This document shows, piece by piece, positions 36,731-48,100 of a DNA stretch of 62,000 bases (position 1 is the first letter of the stretch; every line of letters starts with the position of its first letter). The DNA lies in assembly GCF_000400465.1 (NCBI RefSeq), contig NW_008806283.1, positions 82,001 through 144,000 on the forward strand, given 5' to 3'. Origin of the DNA: Wallemia ichthyophaga EXF-994. Lineage: Eukaryota > Fungi > Basidiomycota. A program made the position numbers and the translations under genes. The notes below the pieces were generated by a model. That model was not told the origin of the DNA. It ran no database searches and was given only the letters and a program-made list of their open reading frames with translations.

Positions 36731-37389
36731 AATTGATCCAAAGAGCAATTCCTATAGAATGATACCCATGTTGCTCAAGTTTGAAGTCATTAAGGTGCTA
36801 TGACAAAAACGTCATTGAACTCGTGTGTGCATTCCTTGGGCGTAATGCGTCAATAACAACTAAGAGATATCGGTAATAATGATTGAATATTATTCGAGAT
36901 TTAAAATAGTTGGAGAGAGCTTTGAGGGCTTTGGCACACTCGTGAGCGCACCTACTTGGCCCAGTGGTCTCTTTCTATTCGTGACACAAGACGTGGGGCA
37001 AAATGATTCTTAAACGGCAATATAACATATCTTATATCGATCTTATATCAATACTAGGGCTTCCAAGGGTGATAATTCTGCAATTGAGAAATTTTACTCA
37101 ACCAGCACATAAGTTATGTTCACAAGGACTTGCGACAGTTTTATCAAGTTTAAAGCGTTGAAATAGTTCGAATTGACTTACAGCATTTTAATTGCCAAAA
37201 AATATCCGCTGTATGTATGATGATGATGAAATCTGAATTCATTGCTAAGACCATACATGCTTAAAATTGCGTTAACCAATACTCATTGAAGCATGAGGAG
37301 TCAAAAATTCAGCTTGAGGCTGAGATATTAGATATTTAAGGTTCATTGTGAGCGGTATATAACTGCTTCCAGGACAACCGAAGCCATCT

Positions 37390-37470
37390 GGTTTTGTAGT
37401 GTAGCGGTTATCACCGTGGATTTTGACGCAAAGACTTCCATTAACCCCGGTTCGAATCCGGGCAAGACCT
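37390..37470 (+). tRNA. tRNA-Gln (anticodon TTG) with 9-nt intron
   Basis: Acceptor stem GGTTTTG/CAAGACC, anticodon stem GTGGA/TCCAT, loop TT-TTG-A, intron CGCAAAGAC (37427-37435), T arm CCCGG-TTCGAAT-CCGGG, followed by an oligo-T terminator. Confidence 0.93.
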
Positions 37471-37743
37471 TTTGTATTTTGCCTCACTAAATTTTGCCCC
37501 ATTTTTCCTTACATCTAGATCCTTTTAGGAGATTTACGAGCTCAAGAGATGATTCCATAAAGTTGATGAATAGATGTCTGCAGATGAAGAAGACAAAGAC
37601 AAAGCGACAGGCGAGTTTGAGGGGAATGGGGAGAAGAAGAGCAAGAAATTTGAAAAAGTGAAAGGGAGTGTAAACATGATTAAGAAAAAGGATAAAAAGG
37701 GATAAATGACGGATAAAAGCACGACGCGGGATGAAGAGGTACA

Positions 37744-38169
37744 ATGAGAATAACCAATTTGATAGGAATATTGATGGTTTGGATTGGAATGGTATTAGGA
37801 GATACGGAAGTGATGAATTTAAGGTTTAAAGAGGGTGGTAGAGTGGGTGGAGTGGTGTTAACTGAGGATATCCATTACCCGATAGAAGTACAAGCAGAGG
37901 GGAAGAAGTGTGAGACTTATCAATTAAAAGGGTTCACAGAGGGAGAATTATTGAGAGTGAGAATGAGTTGGATTGGAAGTGTTCCAGTTAATATCATTGG
38001 GAGAGTATTAAATGGTGGATTCGATATTTGTTACAATACTAATGAATCAACGACAATACACTTGACAGTAGAGAACGCAATTTACAACAAATTTAATTTT
38101 ACAATTATTTCAATCTTATCTGCATTCGTCATCGTATTCTCGACTCAAAATGGGCAATTCAACTTCTAA
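37744..38169 (+). CDS. Signal-peptide, single C-terminal TM protein; Pga1 (GPI-mannosyltransferase II co-activator)-like
   Basis: Hydrophobic leader ending LG-DTEV, LRVRMSWIGSVPVNI (recalls the Pga1 R.SW...P motif), C-terminal hydrophobic stretch. Confidence 0.45.
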   Translation: MRITNLIGILMVWIGMVLGDTEVMNLRFKEGGRVGGVVLTEDIHYPIEVQAEGKKCETYQLKGFTEGELLRVRMSWIGSVPVNIIGRVLNGGFDICYNTNESTTIHLTVENAIYNKFNFTIISILSAFVIVFSTQNGQFNF

Positions 38170-38662
38170 AGCGGTGAGAAGACTCCCAAAAACTCAATCA
38201 AAACAAGTACCGAAGGCAACTGAATCTTTAGATAGATTGAAGAATCCTAGCACTTCACATGATGAGCCACACACAAAACCAAATGCAGCCATGAAAGATG
38301 GCCAAGATCCAGATTTTATGAATAATTTGTCAAAAATTGATCCAGTTAAGATTGAGAAAGCTCAAACAAATTTTAGACCTTCAGATAAGATGATCAACAT
38401 TTTGAGAGGCAGGAAGGTGGAGAGCGAGGTGGATAACGCAGCAATGGCGTATAATAGGCTATCTCCTCAGTCTTTGTTGGTTTACTTGGAGGAGCGTAAG
38501 AATGGCGGTGATGTTGGGCAGCTTAATAGATCATTCAACGTTAACGACAGTGACGCTGAAATCATTGAGAAATACACAGCAGCACCAACAACAGGCACTC
38601 CGTTTACAGTCAAAGTCGATGAAAATTCTGGTGAAATCCAAAGAGTCATCGTATCTTTGTAA
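38150..38662 (+). CDS. Conserved-looking fungal hypothetical protein with N-myristoylation-type start
   Basis: MGNSTSKAVRRLPK start, DGQDPDFMNNLSKIDPVKI segment; 170-aa intronless ORF. Confidence 0.65.
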   Translation: MGNSTSKAVRRLPKTQSKQVPKATESLDRLKNPSTSHDEPHTKPNAAMKDGQDPDFMNNLSKIDPVKIEKAQTNFRPSDKMINILRGRKVESEVDNAAMAYNRLSPQSLLVYLEERKNGGDVGQLNRSFNVNDSDAEIIEKYTAAPTTGTPFTVKVDENSGEIQRVIVSL

Positions 38663-38857
38663 TCTCTTTGCCCAGATTTAATTAGTTACGCACGCACAGA
38701 TACACGTTCAGCCAAACAGAGACAGCTACAGCCTTGTATAATTATATTTGAATTTTATTTTATTTGAGTATTCCGCGCAGTCTCGATCAAATCGATCGAA
38801 GCGCTTTTAATAGAATCCCGCTTCAGCCACCATTCCTCTTAATCCACAACTTCCATT

Positions 38858-40050
38858 ATGGTCCTCCTTAAAACAGCAACAACGCTGCTCGCTGCAACAG
38901 CCGCTTACGCTTGGAACCACACGGCATCTGATGTTATCGCCACAGGAAGTTAGTCCCGCTTCTGTACCACTTGTGACACATCCTTACATGTCAAACAGCA
39001 ATGGGTACCACCAACCCTCCAGAGGCAACGATGGGCACAGAACTTAACCAAACCTCGGTAGCCCGTCTTGTCTCCATTAACTCCATCGACGATTTCTGTT
39101 TCTTCGGTCCAAAAGAGGCAAATGTAACCATCGGTGACACTGAAGGTGAACAAGTCGCCTGGTGTACTAAGCCACGTAACAACGCACGTGTTATCCCAGA
39201 TGGCACTATTACCTCTACGCACTTTGTTAAGACCCCCGCTTACGTCCAAGTTTCTGGGTGAGTTGTGGTGTCTCGGTAAGTAATTTTGCTAAAACAACTT
39301 AGTTTCGGTGATTTGACAAAGATCGGTGTTAAAGACGGTGACTACGGTGGTGAGCTTGACCCACACGGTGCTACTGGCGATGGTAACCCAGTTGGTGGTA
39401 ACGTTACTTCGGACATTGTCAACGGTACCTCTACTTCTTACGCTGAGTGGATGGAATTCATCTCATACGAGCAATTCTGTATCAGAATTTGTACAGCAAG
39501 CAACGACACTTGGGGTGCTCCAGTCATGTGCGAGCACAAATTAGATGAAATGGGTTGCGGTTTCGTTATGCCAGATGCAGGTGACAGTGATGTCTTTGAG
39601 ACCTGTGATGCTGACGTTGCTTACCCACCTGGTGTTTACCCTATAGATGGCTCTTACTCCACTTTCGCTCAAAGATACACTGGTAGCTACTCCTCAGGTA
39701 CCACTGGTGCCATGGTCGGATACACTGTCGGTGTTACTGACACTCCAACCGCCGCACAAATGACCCCATCCTCATCCAACTGTGTCACTCAATCATCCCT
39801 TGCTGGCAACAACGTCGATGTCTCAGCTACTGGCGTCATTGAAGATAACAGAGACGACGATTCGGACTCAAACAGTGACCCTGACAGCAATAAATCCGAC
39901 AAAAGCAACCCTGACGGCAACGATGGTGGCTCCACCGGCAGCGGCCAAACCAGCGCCAACGCTGGCGACGGCGATTCTAGCGCTACCACCTTCACTGGTT
40001 TCGCCACCGTCTCAGCTATCGCTTTGGCTGTGCTCGCAATTGCCCTCTAA
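38858..40050 (+). CDS. Secreted, probably GPI-anchored mannoprotein (MP88 / macrophage-activating-glycoprotein-like)
   Basis: Signal peptide MVLLKTATTLLAATAAYA; NSIDDFC.FGP, VAWCTKPRNNARVIPDGT, GGELDPHGA, C.H..DEMGC.FVMP; Ser/Thr/Asp linker and hydrophobic C-terminus; two introns. Confidence 0.8.
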
Positions 40051-40283
40051 GATAAATTGACTTTTGCTAAGACATGAGTGGGACGCTCTGTCTGCTTTCA
40101 CAACCTATTTTATACTTTCTTGACCATATAACAACATCCGATTGCACTGGATAAACAGAACAATGAAATCTTGTTTCTTTATACACGTTCACTCATTATT
40201 GACGAATTTTATTGTGCAATTCTTGTCGACATATCGTATTCACAGTCTATCGAGCTGAGCGTTGTTTGGTTGATACAATTACT

Positions 40284-40552
40284 CATGGCATGTACACTTG
40301 ATTTATCATGTCATATTACACCCGTGAGTGTCTCAGACTTATCTAGCATTGGCAATATCATTCCCTAGACATCTTTGTCATGCGCTTCGAGCCACATCTT
40401 CTCCGACTTGTCCAGCAACCCAAAGTCGATGAGACGTTTGTCGATTTGAACCTGAGTCCAGCGGTTGTATTACAGCCAGCCTTCTTTTGCGGCCGCCCGA
40501 ACAGCGACGACAACCTCGATGCGCATGCCGAATCTCTTCGCATTCTCGTGTC
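40284..40552 (-). pseudogene. Inverted, pseudogenised partial duplicate of the aminopeptidase P last exon and 3' UTR
   Basis: Reads [68 protein letters not shown]; closely matches 33466-33735; stops at 40472-40470 and 40367-40365. Confidence 0.9.
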
Positions 40553-40617
40553 CGCTGAATAAACCTACTCGACGCGCTAATACCAGACTAAAAGTGAGAC
40601 TAATAAAATTGAGTAGA

Positions 40618-40624
40618 TATAAAA
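40618..40624 (+). promoter_or_regulatory. TATA box of the hydrophobin gene
   Basis: TATAAAA 54 nt upstream of ATG 40678. Confidence 0.55.
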
Positions 40625-40677
40625 GTCAAAAACGCTCCTGATATAATACTACAATCAAACACACTTTGAATCTCACA

Positions 40678-41039
40678 ATGATTGCTCAAACTGTCTTCGC
40701 TGCTGCCCTCGTCGCCTCTGTCTCAGCTGGCTGGGAATCCAAGACCGGCTCATGTAACACTGGTAAACTCTCGTGTTGCGATTTGAACAAAAAGGTTCAA
40801 AAGTCAACCGGTGAAGAATCAGGCCTCCTCCACACTGGCGACGTTCTCGACCAAGTCGGTGTTCAATGTACTCAAGTCCCCCTCTTGATCGGAGTTGCTA
40901 TAGAGGGTAAGTAGATGCTCCTGTTTCACAGCACAATTAATAGCCCACAGATGAATGCAAAAACACTCCCACGTGCTGTGAAGACGTCAAGGAAGATGGT
41001 CTCGTTGGTGTCAACTGCACTCCAATCCCTCTCATTTAA
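40678..41039 (+). CDS. Class I hydrophobin (acidic)
   Basis: Signal peptide; 44-nt intron 40907-40950; eight Cys spaced C-X6-CC-X29-C-X14-C-X5-CC-X12-C. Confidence 0.95.
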
Positions 41040-41329
41040 TAGGTCGTTTACCTTAATTTGTTTAATTTACCATTAGATAGCAATCAATATGCGTTATTTA
41101 CTTCGATGTCTTGTTATTATTCACTTTAGTGCACCTACGAAAAGCACTACAAATGGTCGATTAATCTGATAATTATAATAGTGCATAGCCCATGGAATAA
41201 TGGCGTTTACGCCACCGAGCCTGCTTTAGCTGCTGTTGCGCAGTTTGTGTTATGCACGGCAAGTGATTTTGAGTTGAAAAATAGATTCGAAGTCCACGGT
41301 TATATTATTTTAATCTCTGAATCTACGAA

Positions 41330-41720
41330 GCCTCAACCATCTCTCCACAATCATTATCAATTTCCCCCAAATGCACCTGGTAAAGTCGAGCTTCCAGTTT
41401 CCAGAGTTGAGCTGAACCCCAATTTTACACTTCAAAGTGAGAGGAGAGTCAAAAATATCTTAGCTTTTCCTCGGTGCTAGGTTTGAGTCCTGTGGTCCGT
41501 AGACCTTGGAAAGCAGAACACGCGTCTAAAAAGGTGAATACTTGGATATTTGGGCATAAGCGATACCTGTCCGCTCTTTACGCTTATAGACAATGAATTT
41601 GCGCGCAATTTCCTGCGTTTGCTCGGTTTCGTGCTCCATAGTGATGCTGAATCCAACTTGTGCCTTGCCTTAATAGCAATAACAGAACCGAAAAGCTTTG
41701 AATTTTGCAACCTTCTTAAA
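41330..41720 (-). pseudogene. Possible degenerate coding relic, unidentified
   Basis: Protein-like stretches broken by stops and frame changes (e.g. LDACSAFQGLRTTGLKPSTEEKLRYF*LSSHFEV*NWGSAQLWKLEARLYQV). Confidence 0.25.
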
Positions 41721-42125
41721 GCTCGCCCAGAGCTATGATGGAATTCCTTTTATTTGAAGATTTCTTAAAGAGGAATCGCCTATGTTCATCTCAGCCCTTT
41801 GTTGGCCAGTTGAAGATCAAGTTGAGCTGATTTCATCCACTCAAGTCAAGCAGAAATCAATTCATTGAAAATGCTAAACTGAACAAACAACAAACCTATT
41901 TAGAGCACAAATAAATGTCTAATAGGTGATTATAAAAATATACATCTGTAAGTGGAACATAAACTAAATTGCAAGTATTTGCATTTAACGAGTGAGCAAT
42001 TATTATACTAAGAACAGAGTCAGCTATGATACGGCTGCGCATATACCATTACTTACCTAGGTATATACACGAATTAATAAAAACAAGTAACGAGAGTAAT
42101 AAGTCTGGGGTATTAACATACGCGA

Positions 42126-45100
42126 TTAGCGTGGTTGAGATGGCAATGGCGGTGGGGCAAAGTTTACTGGTGGCTGCCAGCTAAGCCAAGCTGGTGGTGG
42201 TGGTTGGGCTGGATCTTTTGGCTTGTCATCCTTTTTGTTGTTCTCTTTGGCAGGTGGTGCACGAGGATTGTAATCAACCTTTGGCGGAGGTGGTGCGCCG
42301 TTGCCCTGCTTTGACTTGATGGCGAATAATTCACTAATTTCGTGTTGAAGGCCTCTCTTTTGTTCTCTGAGATCGCCAATTTCCTTCACCAAGCCTCGTA
42401 CTTCTGGCAACAGTTGCTTCTTAAACTCATCAACAGCTGTATCGATATTTCCTTTCATAGCAGTAGCATTAGACTTTTCGACGCTGCCAACGGTACTTCT
42501 ATGTTGAGATGTGTTATGCAGAATAATATCAGATGCAACGACCTTTAGCAATTTGCTGTTTTCATCATTTTGATGCTCTATCATATCGCGAATGTCCTGT
42601 AAAGTTGGCTTTGAAGAGGCCTGCTTTAGTCTATCTGCTTCAGCGGTCGTAAATGACGTTAATTGCTTGAGCGAATCAGCAATTAACTTGTGGTGTTCAT
42701 TACGCATCTTGTTAACATCTCCCAGCTGAGATTCTAGTTTCGATCTCTCAGCTTCAGCATCCTTTACTTTCTGCTGTAACTCAGCCTTCTCCTTTTCTGC
42801 ATTTTTATTTCTCTCTTCAGAGAGTGCCCTTTCAACAGCAAGTATTTCATTCAGTTTCTGTGAAATTGTGAGTAAAAAGAACGGCTCCCTTTGGAAAATA
42901 CCTACGCTGTGAGCATCATCACGTTCCTTTGATGCAGTGTTTGCCTTATCCTCAAGAGCACCTCTTTCAGCATCGCTCATTCCAGTAGCTGGTGCTTCCT
43001 TGGCAGCCTCCTTTGAAGGCTCACCAGGGAATGCTTTACTGAGGATATCCAAGATAGAATCAATACCAGGATCGCGACGATGTTGACCATTGGTAGCATC
43101 ATTGAGCACATTTTCCACCTTCTGGGCGGCTTCTGGAAGATCAGTAGAGTTTGGATCCGCAGATCCTGCGCCTGGTGTTTGAGGTACATCACTGAGTGCT
43201 CTGGTGGTACCTGCTGGTGAAGGGCCTTTGGTACCTGGTTCAAAAGCAGCGGCTTCGTCAGGAGCTTGTGAAGCATCGCCAAATGTTGATGGATCGCCTC
43301 CAGTGGCGACATCTTGTACCTTGTCGACAGGATCCTCAGAGCCTGGCTCAGTACCAACATTGCCCATGCTCATGGTTTCACCATCTCCAGAACTGTCCTT
43401 TTTGCCCTTCTTGCCTTTACTACCCTTTCCACCTTTTCCGCCATTTCCACCGGAAACTGGAGCAGAGCCATCAGCAGCTGGAATGTCAGCAACTGGTGGA
43501 GCACTGTCATCGCCTGAAGCTTGAGGAGCGTCACTGAACGCATTGTCCTTGGCTGGTGAGCCTAATACTGGATGTACATGGTTATCACCTGGAGCTTGAG
43601 GTGCGTCACTGAGTGCTCTAGTAGTACTCGCTGGTAAGGGGCTTTTGCCGTTCGCGTCAGAGAAACCTGGTGGGATTTCATTCGCGGTGGCTTCTTGTTC
43701 GGCAGGAGCTTCAGCGTCTGGCTCAGTGCCAACTTTACCAATGCTGTTGACCTCATCGCCCTTTTTGCCCTTGCTACCCTTTCCACCTTTTCCACCAGCA
43801 ACTGGAGCAGCGCCATCACTCGCTGGCGTTTCAGAAACTGGTGGGATACTGTCACCACCTGAAGCTTGCGGAGCATCACTTAGCACGTTATCGTGTGCTG
43901 GCGAGCCTAACATAGGAGGGAAATTAGCGTCTTCTGGAGCTTGTGAAGCATCGCCAAGTGCTCTTGTGGAACCTGCTGGTGAAGGGTCTTTGACGTTTGC
44001 GTCAGGATATTCTGCGGTGATTTTGTCTTGTGCTTGGTCAGAAGGAACTGCAGCGTCTGGTTCACTTCCAATATTGCCCATACTCCTGACTTCGCCATCT
44101 CCGGCACTGTCCTTCTTGCCCTTCTTTCCTTTTCCTTTCTTTCCACCTTTACCACCGGCTATTGGAGCAGCGCCATCAGCACCTGGCGTTTCTGCAGCTG
44201 GAGGAACACTTCCATCGCCTGGAGCTTGTGAGACATCACCGAGCACGTTGTCATGGGCTGGCGAACCAAACATGGGAGGGAAACTGTCATTCGCCGAGTC
44301 TTGTGGGGCGACGCCAAGTGCACCGGCAGTATCTCCTGGTGAAGGACCTTTACTTCCTGGTTCAGCAAACTTAACATTTCCAGGTTCTTGTGGAGCATCG
44401 CCAAGCGCTCTAGTAGAGCCTGCAGGTGAGGGTCCCTTACCATTTGAGTTGGAGTCACCTACTAGATTCCCACCAGCAGCGGCTTCTTGTTCAGCAGGAG
44501 GCGCAGGGGGTGCAACGTCTGGCTCACTCCCAACATTGCCCATGCTCCTAGCTTCTCCACCTCCACTACTGTCCTTCTTGCCTTTCTTGCCCTTACTACC
44601 CTTTCCACCTTTTCCACCGGCAAATGGAGCAATTCCATCAGCGTTGCTCCTGGCTGGGGAGCCGAAGACTGGAGATACGCCAGGCTGAAGACTGAGAGGT
44701 ACATCATGTTGTTGATCACCACCCGGAGTAGGCAGACGCGTGATTTCTGCGATTCTTGTTAATCATTGCTACGCTAACAAGCTTTACGTACCATTTCCAG
44801 CAGCATTTTGTGGTTGAGCATCTGAGTTTTGTGGCGCATCACCGAGGGTTCCTGCCTCACCAGCATGATTTCCCGTGGGAGATTGAGAGCTATTAGGCTG
44901 AGAAGCATCACCGACGAATGGCGGATCAGCTGGTGTTTCAGCTTGAGGAGCGATACCTCTATCAGACTGTGGAGGAGCTTCACTAGCTGCTTTCCCAGGT
45001 TGAGGAACATCACTGCCGACCGAAGCATCGTTTGCGGCAGTGCTTGGAGGAACAGTGCTTGGAGGGGCGGCACTACCAGGAGCATTACTAGAACCCTTAC

Positions 45101-48100
45101 CAGACTGAGGAGCATTGCTGCCACCTTTTACAGATCTGCTGCCACCCTTGCTAGATCCAGGCGCCTTACCGGCAGGTTTCCCGGGCGGTGGAGCATTGCT
45201 GCCGAGTTCAGTTGGCGCAGAAGAAAACCCTACTTTTCTGTCCTGGGGAATACCAGATTCAGGACCATCTTCGAGCTCTACACCCTGGCCGACAGGGGAT
45301 GGGACGTGGCTTGGAGCCCCATGGTTAGGCCCGACATTGCTAGCTGAGTGAGAAGGAGCAATACCATCCGGAGCCTGGCTGCCAGGGTCAGCTGGCCCGG
45401 AGCCAAGGTTTCTATCTGAGGGAGGAGCACCACCGAGTTCACCATCCTGGCGGTAAGGTGATCCAGCGTAACTTGGAGCGGCATGACTTGGAGCATGACT
45501 TGGAGGAACGTTGCTATCCGCATGAGTTGGTGCTTGCTCCTGTGGTGGATATTCATTTGTATCAGCACCTAAGGTAGCTTCACCTGGAGGCGGTGATCCG
45601 GCTTGAGTGCCAGCGTGACTACCAACGCCGTGACTTGCCGGTGGCTTCTGAGGCGAACCTCTACCTTTGCCTTTTCCTAGAAGCTTGTTGAGTCCTGGAA
45701 TCTCCTCTGAGAATGGCTTATTAGATCTAAGAGCTGCGAATGGTGGTCCCTTCTCTCCTGAATTTTCTTTACCTTCAGGCCTGCCTCCAGTGGATCTGAC
45801 AGCTCCGTCATCAGGAAGCACTGCACCTACTTCGCCTTCAGGTTTGCCTCCCATGGATCTGGCATCACCTTCATCAGGAAGCACTGCACCTTCTCCTTCC
45901 GGATTCATGCCTTGGGGTTTCCCATCTACAGATCTAGGACCACCCTCATCAGGAAGTGACGCACCTTGATCGTGTTGACCGTGTTCAGATGGCAATTGCG
46001 ATCCAGTCGCCTCATTCTTATGCAATCCTCGCATCGTATCGGCAGGGGGGGTAAATGAGGAACAATATCAGCAAGATCTGGATCTTCCTCACCAGCGTTA
46101 GAAGGGTCTCCCATTCCACGAGAGCCGCCTGATGGATCGGCCATACCACGAGATTCGCCCGATGGGTCAGGCATACCACGAGAACCGCCTGACGGATCAC
46201 CCATTGAGTGAGGCTCTTGGCCATTAGTAGGTGTAATACCACGAGATGCTCCGGAAGGACCGGGCATAGTATGAGGGTCGGCCGCGGTCGACGGCGCCAA
46301 TCCGCGACTGTCACCAGGTGGAATACCCCTCGAGCTATTAACTGAATCGCGAACATCGCGCAGTACTACCTCCATCTCCTTGATTTGGCGCTGAACAGGA
46401 CCCCACTCGTTGATCTTGGCTGACACCTCTCTCTCGAGCCAATTGTTGAGTGCCCTGTGGCGTTGTCAGACAAGAGGTAATGAGATAATCGACAATTGGA
46501 CTTACCCCAGATATCTATCTGCATCCATCTGGTGTCTCAGAATCTCTTCCGTATTCCATCCAGCTCTTCTTGTATTGTACAGCGTTTCGTTGACTGAATG
46601 TGAATAATTAGATAAAGGCTGCATTCCAGAATAATCACTCACAGCCTGGATGGAAATCAGAGCCGAATCGGAGAGGTATACCCATCCCTCCAGGTGGGAC
46701 ACCCGGCGGAGGCATTTGCATAGGTCTTGCAAATGAACCGCCTCTCATGCCATCCATCATAGGAGAAGGCCTGAACGTGGGATTAGGTCTGAACGTGGGG
46801 TTGTTTCTCATTGGGGCTGATCCATTCATTGGCATAGGACCAGCACCATGCATTGGGCCTGCGCCCATACCAGCAGGTCTCATCAGTGGTGGACGATATG
46901 GTGCACCACCCATCTGCGGAGGAAGCATTGGAGGATGGAATCCCCTCAAATTGTTCGCAGCTGGTCTGACGAATCCGTTAAAGTTAGGTGGCGGTCTAAA
47001 CCCGCCTCTGACATTGTATGGCATAGGCATGGCCATATGAGGTCCTCTCATCATTGGCGGTCGGCCTGGCATTGGCATAGCCATTCCATTGGGTCTGATA
47101 GGCGGAGGTCTGTTGAGACGTTCGAGAGGAGGTTTGAAATCGTGAGTATTGCTTTCCTTCTCAGTCCGTGGATATCCGCCTTCATTAACTTGTATTCTTG
47201 GTGTTGGCTGACGCTCTGGAACTGGATCTGGCACTGGTTTCTGCAATGTCTCTCGTGGTAGCTCTTCAAGGTATCCCTGTTCGAGCGGTGGGCCAGGTTC
47301 TGGATCGTAGACATCGGGGTACATGACATCGTCGTACTCCTCATCCGCCGTTTCAGTAGAAACACTTGAGAGCGACTTGGCAGGTGGTGACTCAGACCTC
47401 GCCCACCGTCTGCGCGAAGTGAAGTCCCTCTCGGCTCTTGACAAGTGAGGAACCTCAGGCTCCGAATATTCGTGAGATGCGTATATAGGCGGAGTTGGGA
47501 GGGGTCCCATTAGATCCCTCATGGATATTGAGTCATGCGGGTACATGTCATCCACGCTAGGCTGAACCTGCTCGACAGCCGGTTTTTGCGTTACTGTCGA
47601 GCTAGATGCTCCATCATCCAGCTCCGCATCTAAATCAGCACTTAGTTCCTCTCCATCGTCGTCAAACGGATGTTCTGACATCATGTCTGGCCAGCTGGAT
47701 ATACTTGAAGCACCACCCTTAGTGAAGTGTCCTTTAAAAGGAGTAAGTAAGGCTGACTTAGGAGAGATTTTTACCCACTGATTAAATTTCTGACAAGATT
47801 CTCCAATCTTAACATATGAGCGTTGTTTCGCTCCTCGTTGGCATCTCTGATACGCTTATCACTCCCAGTAGAATCGAGAGCATCGCGGCAGACATCAATG
47901 AGTCCATTTACCTTATTCTCCAAATCGTGAATAGGCTTGTCATCATGTACTGGCGGTGGAGGGATGTATGACATACTTGACTTCTTCCTCACATCGCGAA
48001 GAAGATCACCGGACCTGTTATCAAAGCTTTCGGGTTTAGGCTCAGACGGGAGATCAGGCACTGATTGATTATCCGTAAGCTTGCCCTCGGTTGTGACAGA

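Noticed and set aside
37487-37744. Short ORFs on both strands just downstream of the tRNA
   Set aside because: Purine/pyrimidine-skewed low-complexity sequence; no recognisable motif or splice support.
36000-41900. Intact transposable element
   Set aside because: No transposase or reverse transcriptase motifs, terminal repeats or target-site duplications could be identified by eye.
43645-44688. 347-aa plus-strand ORF opposite the repeat array
   Set aside because: Mirror translation of the Gly/Pro/Ala repeat region; no independent coding signal.
43170-46330. Repeat arrays as a possible CRISPR array or satellite
   Set aside because: Repeats are degenerate, in frame and protein-coding, with no constant repeat plus unique spacer structure and no cas genes; the genome is eukaryotic.
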